Part shown: positions 38,201 to 48,327 of the stretch, in pieces
Numbering within the stretch: the stretch's first letter is position 1
Layout of the letters: each line of letters starts with the position of its first letter
Virus record (IMG/VR): IMGVR_UViG_3300020171_000029
Span: 1 to 61,019 of that record
Reading direction: 5' to 3' (one strand)
Length of the DNA stretch: 61,019 bases
DNA from: a virus
Taxonomy: Duplodnaviria; Caudoviricetes
Translations under genes and position numbers: made by a program
Notes under the pieces: generated by a model
Databases searched by the model: none
The model's input: the letters and a program-made list of their open reading frames with translations, nothing else
Told to the model about the DNA's origin: nothing

Positions 38201-38749
38201 ATGAACAATAAAAAATATCAAGAAAACTTATGTAAAGCAATGACAATGCTCGGAAAAGAAGAGAAATCAATATTCATAGGACAAACAATTGTTTATGGCG
38301 GTAGTCCAATGTATGGAAGTTGTGAAGGAGTTCTAAAAGAAAAGAAAATTGAAATGCCAGTCTTCGAGGATACTCAAATGGGAATATCAATAGGATTAGC
38401 ATTGGAAGGATTTATTCCAATAAGTATTTTTCCAAGAATAGATTTTTTGATATGTGCGACAAATCAACTTATAAATCATTTAGATAAAGTTGAAGAGATG
38501 TCAAAAGGAGAATGGAAACCCGGAGTTATTATTAGAACACAAATTGGAAATATAAAACCTCTATATCCTGGAGCACAACATTGTCAAGACCATTATGTTG
38601 GATTAAAAGCAATGTGTAAACATATCGAGGTTTTTAAAATAGAAAATGAAGATGAGGTAATACCTTCATATAGAATTGCATTAAGAAGAGCTAAACAAGG
38701 AAAATCTACTTTGTTAATAGAAATTCCTACCGGAGTATTTGGAAAATGA
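38201..38749 (+). CDS. E1 beta/transketolase pyrimidine-binding domain protein (no C-terminal domain)
   Basis: FIGQ, EMPVFED..MG..IGLAL.G..P, NQLINH, GAQH. Confidence 0.88.
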   Translation: MNNKKYQENLCKAMTMLGKEEKSIFIGQTIVYGGSPMYGSCEGVLKEKKIEMPVFEDTQMGISIGLALEGFIPISIFPRIDFLICATNQLINHLDKVEEMSKGEWKPGVIIRTQIGNIKPLYPGAQHCQDHYVGLKAMCKHIEVFKIENEDEVIPSYRIALRRAKQGKSTLLIEIPTGVFGK

Positions 38750-38884
38750 AAATAGATTTTCATATATTTGAATTAGAACCAAGAGTATTTTATATCAAAT
38801 ACTTTTTATTTTTCAAAACTAAAAAAGAAAAAGAAATGAAGAATATATTAAAACAAGAAATAGATATTTGTATGAATAAACAAT

Positions 38885-39316
38885 ATGGGACACAAACGGT
38901 ATATTAAAATGAAAGGAGTAAAAATATATCCAATAAAACTTGCGCATAGTGATGAGAGAAGAGACATACTTGAAATGTTTAATGGAGATTTTGATTGTAA
39001 ACAAGTTAAGATTCTGAAAGTAAGAAAAGGACAGATACTTGGAAATCATTATCACACTTACCGAGAGATTAGATATTTATTAAAAGGAAAAATAAAATAT
39101 TATTTAAAAGTTGCTGATATTGCTTTTGATAGAGAAGAAACTTATGAAACAGAAGAATTCATTATGAATGAAGGAGAAGTAATGATAACCGAACCTTACA
39201 TTGCTCATACAGGAGAATTTTTAGAAGATAGTATTATAGTTGAAGGAACTGAAGAACCATATATAAATGCAAAACATAATGATGTAGTATATAAATTAAA
39301 GGAGGGAACAAAATAA
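38885..39316 (+). CDS. Cupin, NDP-sugar isomerase/epimerase (FdtA/RmlC-like)
   Basis: DERR, GQILGNHYH...E, P.IAH. Confidence 0.75.
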   Translation: MGHKRYIKMKGVKIYPIKLAHSDERRDILEMFNGDFDCKQVKILKVRKGQILGNHYHTYREIRYLLKGKIKYYLKVADIAFDREETYETEEFIMNEGEVMITEPYIAHTGEFLEDSIIVEGTEEPYINAKHNDVVYKLKEGTK

Positions 39317-39476
39317 TGGTAGCAATATCGACAATTTTACTTTGTGCAAACTTATTGGCATTGATTATAAACAAGACACCTTTGTTTAGTTTTTGGTGGA
39401 ATGTATTTGCTTATGGAATTGAAATAGCTTTATATCTTATAATCTTTGTTATAATAGCAATAGCAGCAGCATTAAA

Positions 39477-40562
39477 ATGAAAATACTAATAACTGGAATA
39501 AATGGAATGGTAGCAAGCCACTTGGCAGACTTGCTTTTAGAAAAAGGACATGAAGTAGTAGGAACTATGAGATGGCAAGAAGATATGTCTAACATACAAC
39601 ATATAAAAGATAAAATAAAATTAGTTCATATGAATATGAATGACTTATCAAATTGCATTAAAGTTATAGAGCAAGAAAAACCAGATGCTATTTCTCATTT
39701 AGCAGCAGAAAGTTTTGTGGGAGATAGTTTCGACCATCCTGAAGAGAGTATAAGAACAAATGGATTAGGAACTTATAAATTATTAGAAGCAGTTAGGATT
39801 TGTAAAGAAAATTTCGAATATGGTTATCAAGTAGATGAATATGGAGACAATCCATCTTATAAATATATAAAAATAAGTACTGGAGATAATTATGACCCAA
39901 TAATCCACATCTGCTCGTCATCAGAAGTTTATGGACTTGTAGAAGAAAAAGATGTTCCAATAAAAGAAAATCAAGTTTTTAATCCAGCAAATCCTTATGC
40001 TTGTGGGAAAGTTCTTGCAGATGTGTTGGCAAGAATGTATTATACAAATTATGGATTAAAAACAATTACAACAAGGATGTTTACGCACACTTCCCAGAGA
40101 AGAAAAATGTTAAGTGCTGAAGTTAATTTTGCAAAACAGATTGTTGAAATGGAAAAAGATTTTGCAACAAATCCAAGTGTAGAAATGAATATTGCTTTGG
40201 GGCAGAGATATATTCTTAAACACGGAAACCTAAATTCCATTAGAACTTGGGCACATGTTGAGGATGCTTGTGAAGCATATTATTTAATTCTAACTCAACC
40301 AAAAAGATTTGGTGAAGCATATAACATAGGAGGAATAGATAGTAAAGAAATTGGAGAAATGCTTGACTTTATGATTTCACTTTCACCATTAAAAGATAGA
40401 ATTATAAAACAACTTGATAAAAGTTTGTTAAGAAAACATGATGTAACATTGCAATTACCTTGTGTTGATAAATTCAAAAAAGATTATCCTGAATGGAAGC
40501 CGAAATGGAAATTTGAAGAAATCATAAAAGATGTTCTGGAGGGACAAAGAAAAAATGCCTGA
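39477..40562 (+). CDS. gmd: GDP-mannose 4,6-dehydratase-like enzyme
   Basis: ITGINGMVASHL, HLAAESFV..SF, SSSEVYG, PANPYACGK, GNLNSIR. Confidence 0.85.
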   Translation: MKILITGINGMVASHLADLLLEKGHEVVGTMRWQEDMSNIQHIKDKIKLVHMNMNDLSNCIKVIEQEKPDAISHLAAESFVGDSFDHPEESIRTNGLGTYKLLEAVRICKENFEYGYQVDEYGDNPSYKYIKISTGDNYDPIIHICSSSEVYGLVEEKDVPIKENQVFNPANPYACGKVLADVLARMYYTNYGLKTITTRMFTHTSQRRKMLSAEVNFAKQIVEMEKDFATNPSVEMNIALGQRYILKHGNLNSIRTWAHVEDACEAYYLILTQPKRFGEAYNIGGIDSKEIGEMLDFMISLSPLKDRIIKQLDKSLLRKHDVTLQLPCVDKFKKDYPEWKPKWKFEEIIKDVLEGQRKNA

Positions 40563-40679
40563 AGAAGTTAAAAGATGTTGTATGTGTAATGATGTTGCAA
40601 TATATATAAATAATGATACAAAAGAATATCTTTGTCAACGATGTGCAGAAATAAATGAAGTAGCAAGGAGAAGTAAATA

Positions 40680-41918
40680 ATGGTATCAGTTAATTTTGTA
40701 ATACCAAGTTGGTCTTATTGGAAGGAACCACTTAGAGCACAGCCATTAACACAAATGTATTTAGCAACAATACTCGAAGAGCAAGGAGTTGATATAAGCT
40801 TTACTGACTTTAGAGATGGACCTAAAAAAGTTAATAAAGCAGACTTATATTTTTATACAATAGCAAGTCCGGATTTAAAAGAGGTTCAAAATATATCAAA
40901 AAAAATAAAAGAAAGTTATCCAGAATCAAAACATATCGCTGGAGGACCACATCCATCTATATTGCCAAATGAAACAAAAGGATTCGATTCTATTTGCATT
41001 GGAAGAGGAGAAGAAGTTGTAAAACAAATTGTAAAAGATTTTCCAAATCTAAAATCTAAATATCAAATAGAACCAAAAGGAGATTATCCTTTTCCAAGAA
41101 GACATTTTTTAAGTAAAGATAAAATAATAAATGATAACTTATTTAAAACCGATAAAATAAGGTCGACAACAGCACAATTCAGTTTTGGTTGTCCATTTGG
41201 TTGTTCATTCTGTGCAAATTATACAAGAGATAAGATACGAAGAAATGCTATTAATAAAATATCAGATGAAATAGATTATTTAAAATCTGAATATGGAATA
41301 GAAGGATTAGCATTACAAGATGAAATATGTTTGCCAAAGAATGCTGATGAATATTTAGATATGCTTATATCGAAAAACATTAAATGGAGAGGACAAGTAA
41401 GGGCAACTGTTACAGAAGATACATTAAGAAAAGCAAAGGAAAGTGGACTTGTTGAATTATCATTTGGTTTAGAATCTTGTGACCAAGATGTTTTAGATTT
41501 TGCAAACAAACATATTAAAATAGAAGATGTAGAACGAACAATTGAATATTGTAAAAAATATAATATAAAGACAAGAATATATTTGCTTAATGGCTTACCT
41601 GGAGAAAAAGAGGACATAGTTGATAAAACAAAAAAATTTATAATTAAAAATAATCCGGATTTAGTTTTATTATCTTCACTTCAACCATATCCTGGAAGCC
41701 CTATATCAACAAATCCAGAAAAATATGGAATTAAGTTTATAAGCAAGGAATATGACAAATTTAATCATTTACTTTGTAGGTTTGAAGATTCAAAAGATAA
41801 TGCTGAAGATGCTGTTCCATATGAGTTTATGAAAGGAAGAGGAATGAGTAGAAAACAGATTATAAATAATATGTTGACATTACAATCTTTTTTAAGAGGG
41901 AGGGATATGAACAAATGA
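40680..41918 (+). CDS. B12-binding radical SAM protein (class B methyltransferase-like)
   Basis: PL..MYLA, AGGPHP, GRGE, CPFGCSFC, FGLES, GLPGE, PYPGS. Confidence 0.92.
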   Translation: MVSVNFVIPSWSYWKEPLRAQPLTQMYLATILEEQGVDISFTDFRDGPKKVNKADLYFYTIASPDLKEVQNISKKIKESYPESKHIAGGPHPSILPNETKGFDSICIGRGEEVVKQIVKDFPNLKSKYQIEPKGDYPFPRRHFLSKDKIINDNLFKTDKIRSTTAQFSFGCPFGCSFCANYTRDKIRRNAINKISDEIDYLKSEYGIEGLALQDEICLPKNADEYLDMLISKNIKWRGQVRATVTEDTLRKAKESGLVELSFGLESCDQDVLDFANKHIKIEDVERTIEYCKKYNIKTRIYLLNGLPGEKEDIVDKTKKFIIKNNPDLVLLSSLQPYPGSPISTNPEKYGIKFISKEYDKFNHLLCRFEDSKDNAEDAVPYEFMKGRGMSRKQIINNMLTLQSFLRGRDMNK

Positions 41919-42601
41919 TAATTGGAATTCCAATATTTAAACAATTAGAAAGTTTAAAATATGCATTTTATACTTTTTTAAATTCAACAATGATTAGAGA
42001 TAAAATAATTTTATTGGTATCAGATTCAGATGATGGAACTCCAGAATTCTGTGATGAGTTAGCAAAGTTTTATAGCTTTGTTGAAGTAATACATACTCCA
42101 AAAGAAGGACCATTAAAAGCATATAATCGTTTATTTCAAATTGCAAAAGAGAGGAAAGAAGATTTATTTCTCTTCCAGACAGATGTAATTTTTCCAAGAA
42201 AATATGATGTTGATTGGCTTAAAGAGATGAATAGAATTGCAGATGAAAGAGAAGATTGTGGTTTAGTTACTTGTTGGGGAGGAGGAGGACATTCTGGACC
42301 TGAATTTATAAATGGTTTTTTCTGGGTTGGTGCTTGGTGTACTTATATTCCATATAGAACAATTGAAAAGATTGGAGGATATGATGAGAATATTCCTTTA
42401 GGTTGGGGAGTTGATATAGATTATACTTATGCAGTTAAACAAGCAGGACTTCAAGTTTATACAATAGATTACTGGGTTCAGCATAGACCTGATTATGTGC
42501 ATAGTCATGAACATGAAAAAGTAGATGATATTGACCAATTAAAAAAAGATGCTTTTGTTTATATGAAGAAAAAATGGAAAGTAGGAGAGTTTGCAGAATG
42601 A
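41915..42601 (+). CDS. GT2 glycosyltransferase
   Basis: IGIP, SDDGT, QTDV, IGGYDE, GVDIDY, H. Confidence 0.85.
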   Translation: MIIGIPIFKQLESLKYAFYTFLNSTMIRDKIILLVSDSDDGTPEFCDELAKFYSFVEVIHTPKEGPLKAYNRLFQIAKERKEDLFLFQTDVIFPRKYDVDWLKEMNRIADEREDCGLVTCWGGGGHSGPEFINGFFWVGAWCTYIPYRTIEKIGGYDENIPLGWGVDIDYTYAVKQAGLQVYTIDYWVQHRPDYVHSHEHEKVDDIDQLKKDAFVYMKKKWKVGEFAE

Positions 42602-42737
42602 GTAATCAAATAGAAGATGGATGGTATCCAGAATGTGATGATTGTGGGTGTGGTAATTTAGGAAAATCTATTACTTTTTGTGAAGAATGTTGGAATAAAC
42701 TAAAAGAAAAATATAAGATAAAGGAGGATTTTAATAT

Positions 42738-43427
42738 ATGAGTTGGACAGACAAAAAAGTAATTGAAGTAATCAAACATCTTCGTGACAAATATGAAATA
42801 AGAACTTTCATAGAAACCGGAACATTTCATGGTATAAACGCTCGTCTTCATAGCAAAAACTTTAATCTTGTTATGACTTGTGAAAAACAACAAGCATTTT
42901 ACAAGAGTGCAAAAGAAAAATTAAAAATACATAAAAATGTTTTGGTTATAAATGATAATAGTCCTGATTTTTTAAGTCGATTATCTTTAGACAAATATAT
43001 ATTTTTCTTGGATGCACATTTCTACGACCCAAGAATTCCAAAAGAAGATAGATTTATAATTCTAAAAGAACTTGAAAGTATGAAAAAATTTAAAGATTCA
43101 ATTATTATAGTTCATGATTTTCATAATGGACTTGGTGGAATAACATATGATGGAATAAACCTTGATATAAATTTATTAAGAAGTAGATTAAAAAACATAA
43201 ATGGAAACTTCTTTTTCTATACTAATACACTTGAAGGATGTGATATTGTTAAGCCAAATGCAAGAGATATGAAAGAAGCAGGATTAGAAGTTGATTATGA
43301 AACATTGGACAATTTGAATTATGCTTGGCTTTGTCCTCGCTTATCTTATCGTGGAATACTTTATTGTTTGCCAACTGAATTAAATAAAGATGAATTAAAA
43401 AAATTAGGATTAAGAAAATGGAATTAA
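42738..43427 (+). CDS. SAM-dependent methyltransferase-like protein
   Basis: FIETGT..G, TCE, NSPDFL, FFLDAH, EL, IIVHD. Confidence 0.75.
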   Translation: MSWTDKKVIEVIKHLRDKYEIRTFIETGTFHGINARLHSKNFNLVMTCEKQQAFYKSAKEKLKIHKNVLVINDNSPDFLSRLSLDKYIFFLDAHFYDPRIPKEDRFIILKELESMKKFKDSIIIVHDFHNGLGGITYDGINLDINLLRSRLKNINGNFFFYTNTLEGCDIVKPNARDMKEAGLEVDYETLDNLNYAWLCPRLSYRGILYCLPTELNKDELKKLGLRKWN

Positions 43428-43428
43428 A

Positions 43429-43617
43429 ATGAGTTGGCAATTAACAAAAAAACAACATTTAAAGATTAGAAGTATATCTCCAGGTAAATGTAAGTATTGC
43501 AATAAACAAGTATCTAAAAGTAATAGTAGTTTGGTATGTACAAATTGTAAGAACAAAGAAAGAGAAGGATTTTTTATAATTAAAAAGATGAGGGAGGAAA
43601 ATGGAATTAAACCTTAA
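43429..43617 (+). CDS. Small Zn-finger protein
   Basis: CKYC...CTNC. Confidence 0.55.
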   Translation: MSWQLTKKQHLKIRSISPGKCKYCNKQVSKSNSSLVCTNCKNKEREGFFIIKKMREENGIKP

Positions 43618-44191
43618 AGGAAAAAAAGCATTAATTACTGGAGGTAGCAAAGGAATTGGACTTGCTATCAAGAAAGCATTAGAAGAAGAAGGAGTAGAAT
43701 GTATCAGTTGGAGTAGAAGTGAAGGAGTTGATTTAGAAAATGATATTCCAGAAATTCCAGATATAGATTTCCTTATAAATAATGTAGGAGGAAGAGGAAC
43801 TTGGAATGAATTTAATAAAATTATAAATATAAACTTAAATCCTTTTTTGAATTTAACACATCAATTTATGGCATTGGGAAAGATAGATGGAAGAATTATT
43901 ACAATTGCAAGTATATATGGAAAAGAAAAAGGTGATAATCAAACATTTACTGCTTGTAAAGCATTTCAAATAGCAATGATGAAATCATTGGCAGGAAGAT
44001 GTGGAAAAGTAACATTTAACACAATTTGTCCTGGACATATCGATGTTGGTAAACCATTTCCATACAAACCAGAAAAAATTGGCAAACCAGAAGATGTTGC
44101 AAACATAGTTACATTCTTATGCTCAGATTTAGCATCCCATATAAATGGAGCTTGTATAACAGTTGATGGAGGAGAGAGCCATGCCTTTTAA
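43601..44191 (+). CDS. Short-chain dehydrogenase/reductase (classical SDR)
   Basis: ITGGSKGIG, INNVG, ASIYG, NTICPG, G.PEDVA, VDGG; catalytic YxxxK reads FTACK. Confidence 0.88.
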   Translation: MELNLKGKKALITGGSKGIGLAIKKALEEEGVECISWSRSEGVDLENDIPEIPDIDFLINNVGGRGTWNEFNKIININLNPFLNLTHQFMALGKIDGRIITIASIYGKEKGDNQTFTACKAFQIAMMKSLAGRCGKVTFNTICPGHIDVGKPFPYKPEKIGKPEDVANIVTFLCSDLASHINGACITVDGGESHAF

Positions 44192-44307
44192 TTGTGATGT
44201 TTGTGGAGAAGAAGTAAGTTATTCAGAGCCAGTTTTTAAATTAAGAAATAATGCTGAAATTGTCATATGTAAAAAATGCATTAAAAAAGAATTAAGGAGA
44301 AAAAAGA

Positions 44308-44643
44308 ATGACAAAAATAAAATCTAAAAAAACAGAATTAAGAGAACTTGATGAAATGTGGAAAAAGAAAGTTAAAGATAGAGATGAATGGAAGTGTCAA
44401 GTATGTTTCAAAACAGTTACCGGACATAACTGTCAAGCACACCATATATTACCAAAAGGATTAAAAGGAATGAGATGGGATGTTGATAATGGAATTACCT
44501 TATGCTTACAACATCACAAATTTGGAAATTGGGGAGCACATATGAATGCAATATGGTTTACATTTTGGTTAAAGACAAATAAACCACAACAATTCAAATA
44601 TATTACAAATAAATTAATAAGTTTAGGAAAACAAATAAAATGA
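44308..44643 (+). CDS. HNH/NinG-like nuclease
   Basis: RDEWKCQVC, AHH, RWD..NGITLC..HH. Confidence 0.8.
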   Translation: MTKIKSKKTELRELDEMWKKKVKDRDEWKCQVCFKTVTGHNCQAHHILPKGLKGMRWDVDNGITLCLQHHKFGNWGAHMNAIWFTFWLKTNKPQQFKYITNKLISLGKQIK

Positions 44644-45920
44644 AAATAGCATTGATAAATCCTCCAAGTCCATTTCTTATAAATGAGAGAGTATTTCCAA
44701 ATATCGGTTTAGTTAGAGTAGCAACAATGTTAGATAAAAAATATGATGTTGAATTAATTGATTTTGCTGGAGAAAAAGATTATATAAACAAAATAAGACA
44801 AAGAGCATTTGATTTTAATTATTATGGTTTCAGTTCTACAACACCACAATTTCCAATGGTTTATAATATGATGAAAGCTCTTAAAGATGAAAATCGATTT
44901 GTTAATACAATCATCGGAGGTCCACATGCCAATGCAGTTGGTTCATTAAGAAGAAAAGGAATTGATGATATAAACATAAAAAGTTTAGAAGAATTTGGAA
45001 CAATATTTGAAGGAGAGGGAGAGAACATAAAAAATATACTTGATAAAGGATGGCAGAATGGTGGTGTTATAAAAAATTTAGATGAACTACCAATTCCGAA
45101 TAGAAAGTTTATAGACACTCTATCTTATAAATATACTTTAAATGGATTACCAACAACAAATATTCAAACTCAAAGGGGATGTCCATTTGTTTGTAAATTT
45201 TGTTGTGGAAGAGATATTGAAATGTATAATAAGGTTAGAGTGCATTCACCAGAACGAGTATTAGAAGAAATGGATAGTTTAAATGAACAATTTGGATATA
45301 AATCTTTTATGTGGTATGATGATGAAATAAATGTTAATCCAAAAAGATTAGAACAATTATGTATTGAATTAACCAAAAGAGATTATCAACATAGAGGATT
45401 TGTAAGAAGTGACTTAATTGTTAAACATCCTGAATCTGTTCAATGGATGAGAGAAGCAGGATTTGTCAAATTGTGTACAGGAGTTGAATCTGGTTCAGAT
45501 AAAGTTCTAAAGACAATAAAAAAATTAACAACATATGATATAAACTTAAAAGCAAGACAAATAATCGGTGATAATGGAATACATTACGAATCGTTTATAA
45601 TACTCGGACATCCAGGAGAAACAAAAGAAGATGTAGAGATGTCTGTAAAATGGATTAAAGAAGCAAAGCCAGATGACTTTGATATAAACATTCTTACTCC
45701 ATATCCTGGAAGCAAGATTTATAATGATGCAAAACCATCAACAAAATATAAAGGATATAAATGGGAATATGAAGGACTATACTTTAATAAACCTGATTAC
45801 TCTAAAGATATTATCTTCTATAAAGGAATTGGTGGCAAAAGTGCTGTTAATTCGAGGACAGATGATATGACTGAAGCATACTTACACAATAGAAGAGAGG
45901 AGATTGAAAAGTTAAAATGA
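44640..45920 (+). CDS. B12-binding radical SAM protein (second copy)
   Basis: LINPP, PNIGL, IGGPH, GEGE, RGCPFVCKFC, YDDE, GVES, GHPGET, PYPGS. Confidence 0.92.
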   Translation: MKIALINPPSPFLINERVFPNIGLVRVATMLDKKYDVELIDFAGEKDYINKIRQRAFDFNYYGFSSTTPQFPMVYNMMKALKDENRFVNTIIGGPHANAVGSLRRKGIDDINIKSLEEFGTIFEGEGENIKNILDKGWQNGGVIKNLDELPIPNRKFIDTLSYKYTLNGLPTTNIQTQRGCPFVCKFCCGRDIEMYNKVRVHSPERVLEEMDSLNEQFGYKSFMWYDDEINVNPKRLEQLCIELTKRDYQHRGFVRSDLIVKHPESVQWMREAGFVKLCTGVESGSDKVLKTIKKLTTYDINLKARQIIGDNGIHYESFIILGHPGETKEDVEMSVKWIKEAKPDDFDINILTPYPGSKIYNDAKPSTKYKGYKWEYEGLYFNKPDYSKDIIFYKGIGGKSAVNSRTDDMTEAYLHNRREEIEKLK

Positions 45921-46141
45921 AATCAAAAACTTTAAAAGATATTAAACCATATATGCAAGGAACAATGTTAGCAGAGTTTGACCTTGCTAAAGAAAAATTA
46001 AAACAAATAGCAATTAGTAAAGTTAAGTGGTTAATTAAAAATGAAAAAAATCATGTAAGTGCAAGAGAAGATATTTATGCACAAGGTCAAGTAGACGTAT
46101 TAGCTGAATTATTCAATATTACTATGGAGGATTTAAAATGA
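45917..46141 (+). CDS. Small paralog family A, dispersed copy
   Basis: KTLKDI...LKQIAI...FNITMEDLK. Confidence 0.65.
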   Translation: MKSKTLKDIKPYMQGTMLAEFDLAKEKLKQIAISKVKWLIKNEKNHVSAREDIYAQGQVDVLAELFNITMEDLK

Positions 46142-46974
46142 AAGTAGATATAATGATATGTTCAAAAGACAGACCCACTGAATTAGCATTATTACTTCAA
46201 AGTCTCCGAACACAAACACATCAAGAATTTGATGTTTTTATTTATGACGATAGAAGCGGTGTACCATACCAGAATTATCATTTTATTCAAATGATAATAA
46301 GCAGGATGAAATTAGAAAATCATAATGTTTTAATTTGGAGAAATGACATTCCGTTAGGTGTTACGAGATTAAGAAGAAATATGGTAGAAAAGATTTTAGA
46401 AGTCAGCGATGCAGATGCGATACTAAGACTCGATGATGATAACCTTTTAGAACCAGACTATATTGAAAGACTTGTTAAATGTCTTAATGATGGTTGGGAT
46501 ATTGCATCTGGATTAGTTCCACATTGTGGAGTTCCATTTATAAAAAGAGATACAAAATTTGTTAAGCCATTTATAAGTGATGTGAAATTAAATGATAAAG
46601 GAGAAATAATCTATTTTGGTGATGAATGTGGAATGGAATATATTACAAAAGAAGTTATACCAAGTCCAAATTTTAGAAGTATGGCTCTTATTAAAAGAGA
46701 AGTTCACGAAAAAGTGAAGTATGAAGACAATCTTGGATTTTGTTCATTTAGAGAAGAACAATGGTTTAGTTTTAGAGCATTATTGGAAGGATATAAGATA
46801 TGTGTCGATACAGGAGCAATCGCTTATCATCTTCAAACTCCAAGTGGAGGAGAAAGAACAAATGAATATATGGTAGGATTACAAAGGAATAATGAATTGC
46901 TAAATAAATTTACTCAAAAAATTTATAAAGAAAAAGGTGATTTTTTAGAAGAATATAGGAGTAAGTTTAAATGA
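46138..46974 (+). CDS. GT2 glycosyltransferase
   Basis: SKDRP, SLRTQT, YDD, RLDDD, REE, HL...GG. Confidence 0.9.
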   Translation: MKVDIMICSKDRPTELALLLQSLRTQTHQEFDVFIYDDRSGVPYQNYHFIQMIISRMKLENHNVLIWRNDIPLGVTRLRRNMVEKILEVSDADAILRLDDDNLLEPDYIERLVKCLNDGWDIASGLVPHCGVPFIKRDTKFVKPFISDVKLNDKGEIIYFGDECGMEYITKEVIPSPNFRSMALIKREVHEKVKYEDNLGFCSFREEQWFSFRALLEGYKICVDTGAIAYHLQTPSGGERTNEYMVGLQRNNELLNKFTQKIYKEKGDFLEEYRSKFK

Positions 46975-47177
46975 AATTCAAAATAATTAATTGTCCAAAA
47001 AGAGTAGAAAAATTCATAAGAAATTTTTTAAATGAAACAGATATAGAAGATTTTATTGAAGAATTATCTTTACAATCTTTTAGAGATTATGTAATATATG
47101 GATATAATCCATGGGATTATTTAGAAGAAACAAAATTAAATCTAAAACATCAAAAATTTAAACCTATTTTAAAATGA
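46971..47177 (+). CDS. Hypothetical protein
   Basis: 68 aa, ATGA-coupled. Confidence 0.5.
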   Translation: MKFKIINCPKRVEKFIRNFLNETDIEDFIEELSLQSFRDYVIYGYNPWDYLEETKLNLKHQKFKPILK

Positions 47178-48310
47178 AAAAAATTAATATTGTTGGAAGC
47201 ATATTTGGTTCAGATGGCTACTCATCACACACTCGCCAATTAGCAAATGCTTTATATAAAGTAGCAGATTGTAGAATAACAACACAAGCACCACCAGATT
47301 GGGTTAAACATGTCAATGATGCTGAATTAGATATGCTTACCAAACCAGAAAGAAAAGATGATTATAATCTAATTATTGCGATGCCACATATGTGGAAATT
47401 GTTTACTGGATTAGGAAAAAATATTGGATATGTTATTTGGGAGGGAGACAAAGTACCTCGTTCATGGTGTGAAGAATTTTATAATAATAAAATAGATTAT
47501 ATTTTTGTTCCAAGTGAACATACTAAACAAGCAATATTAAATACAATAATTCCACTTAACGAACACTTAAAAAAATTAATTATAGATAAAATAAAAGTAA
47601 TTCCACATGGTGTAGATAGAAATATATTTCATAGTCTCCAAGATGCTGTTCCGACATTGAAAGATGATATCCACCTGAAATCGGAGCGTAATAGGTTAGG
47701 AGACACTTTCAAATTCATATGCAATAAAGGATGGCGCGGAACATCTTGGGATAGAGGAGGAGTTCAATATCTCATAAAAGCATTTGCAGAAGAATTCAAA
47801 AAAGATGACAAAGTTAAGCTTATAATCAAACTCAATCCAGCATACATAAATCCTGAGATTATAAACCAAGCATTACAACAACTCAATCTTCCAGAGGACA
47901 GAGCACCAATTCATATTAATTGTGATATCCTTCCGTTTGAAAAGTTAAATGATTTATATAACCAAGCAGACTGTTTTGTTTGTCCAACAAGATGTGAGTC
48001 ATTTAACTTACCAGGACTTGAAGCAATGAGTTGTGGTTTGCCAACTATCCAGACTTCTTTTGGAGGACAAACTGATTATATGACTGCTGATAATAGCATG
48101 TTTATAGATTATGAATTACAAGATTCAGAAGAAATACCAATGTATGAAGGAGTGAAATGGGCTATTCCAAAAATGGATTTCTTAAAAAAATCATTAAGAT
48201 GGGCATTTGAAAATCAAGATAAAATAAAAGAAATGGGAAAACAAGCAGAACAAGATAGTAAAAATTTTACTTGGGATAATTCAGCAAAGAAAATCATTGA
48301 GTTATTATAA
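47174..48310 (+). CDS. GT4 glycosyltransferase
   Basis: DGY, WE, VPSE, IPHGVD, ESFNLPGLEAMSCGLP, FTW. Confidence 0.92.
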   Translation: MKKINIVGSIFGSDGYSSHTRQLANALYKVADCRITTQAPPDWVKHVNDAELDMLTKPERKDDYNLIIAMPHMWKLFTGLGKNIGYVIWEGDKVPRSWCEEFYNNKIDYIFVPSEHTKQAILNTIIPLNEHLKKLIIDKIKVIPHGVDRNIFHSLQDAVPTLKDDIHLKSERNRLGDTFKFICNKGWRGTSWDRGGVQYLIKAFAEEFKKDDKVKLIIKLNPAYINPEIINQALQQLNLPEDRAPIHINCDILPFEKLNDLYNQADCFVCPTRCESFNLPGLEAMSCGLPTIQTSFGGQTDYMTADNSMFIDYELQDSEEIPMYEGVKWAIPKMDFLKKSLRWAFENQDKIKEMGKQAEQDSKNFTWDNSAKKIIELL

Positions 48311-48327
48311 ACTATATATCAAAATAT

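Noticed and set aside
37358-38749. Pyruvate dehydrogenase as a central-metabolism auxiliary gene
   Set aside because: Subunits are truncated, E2/E3 are absent, and the genes are embedded in an NDP-sugar cluster
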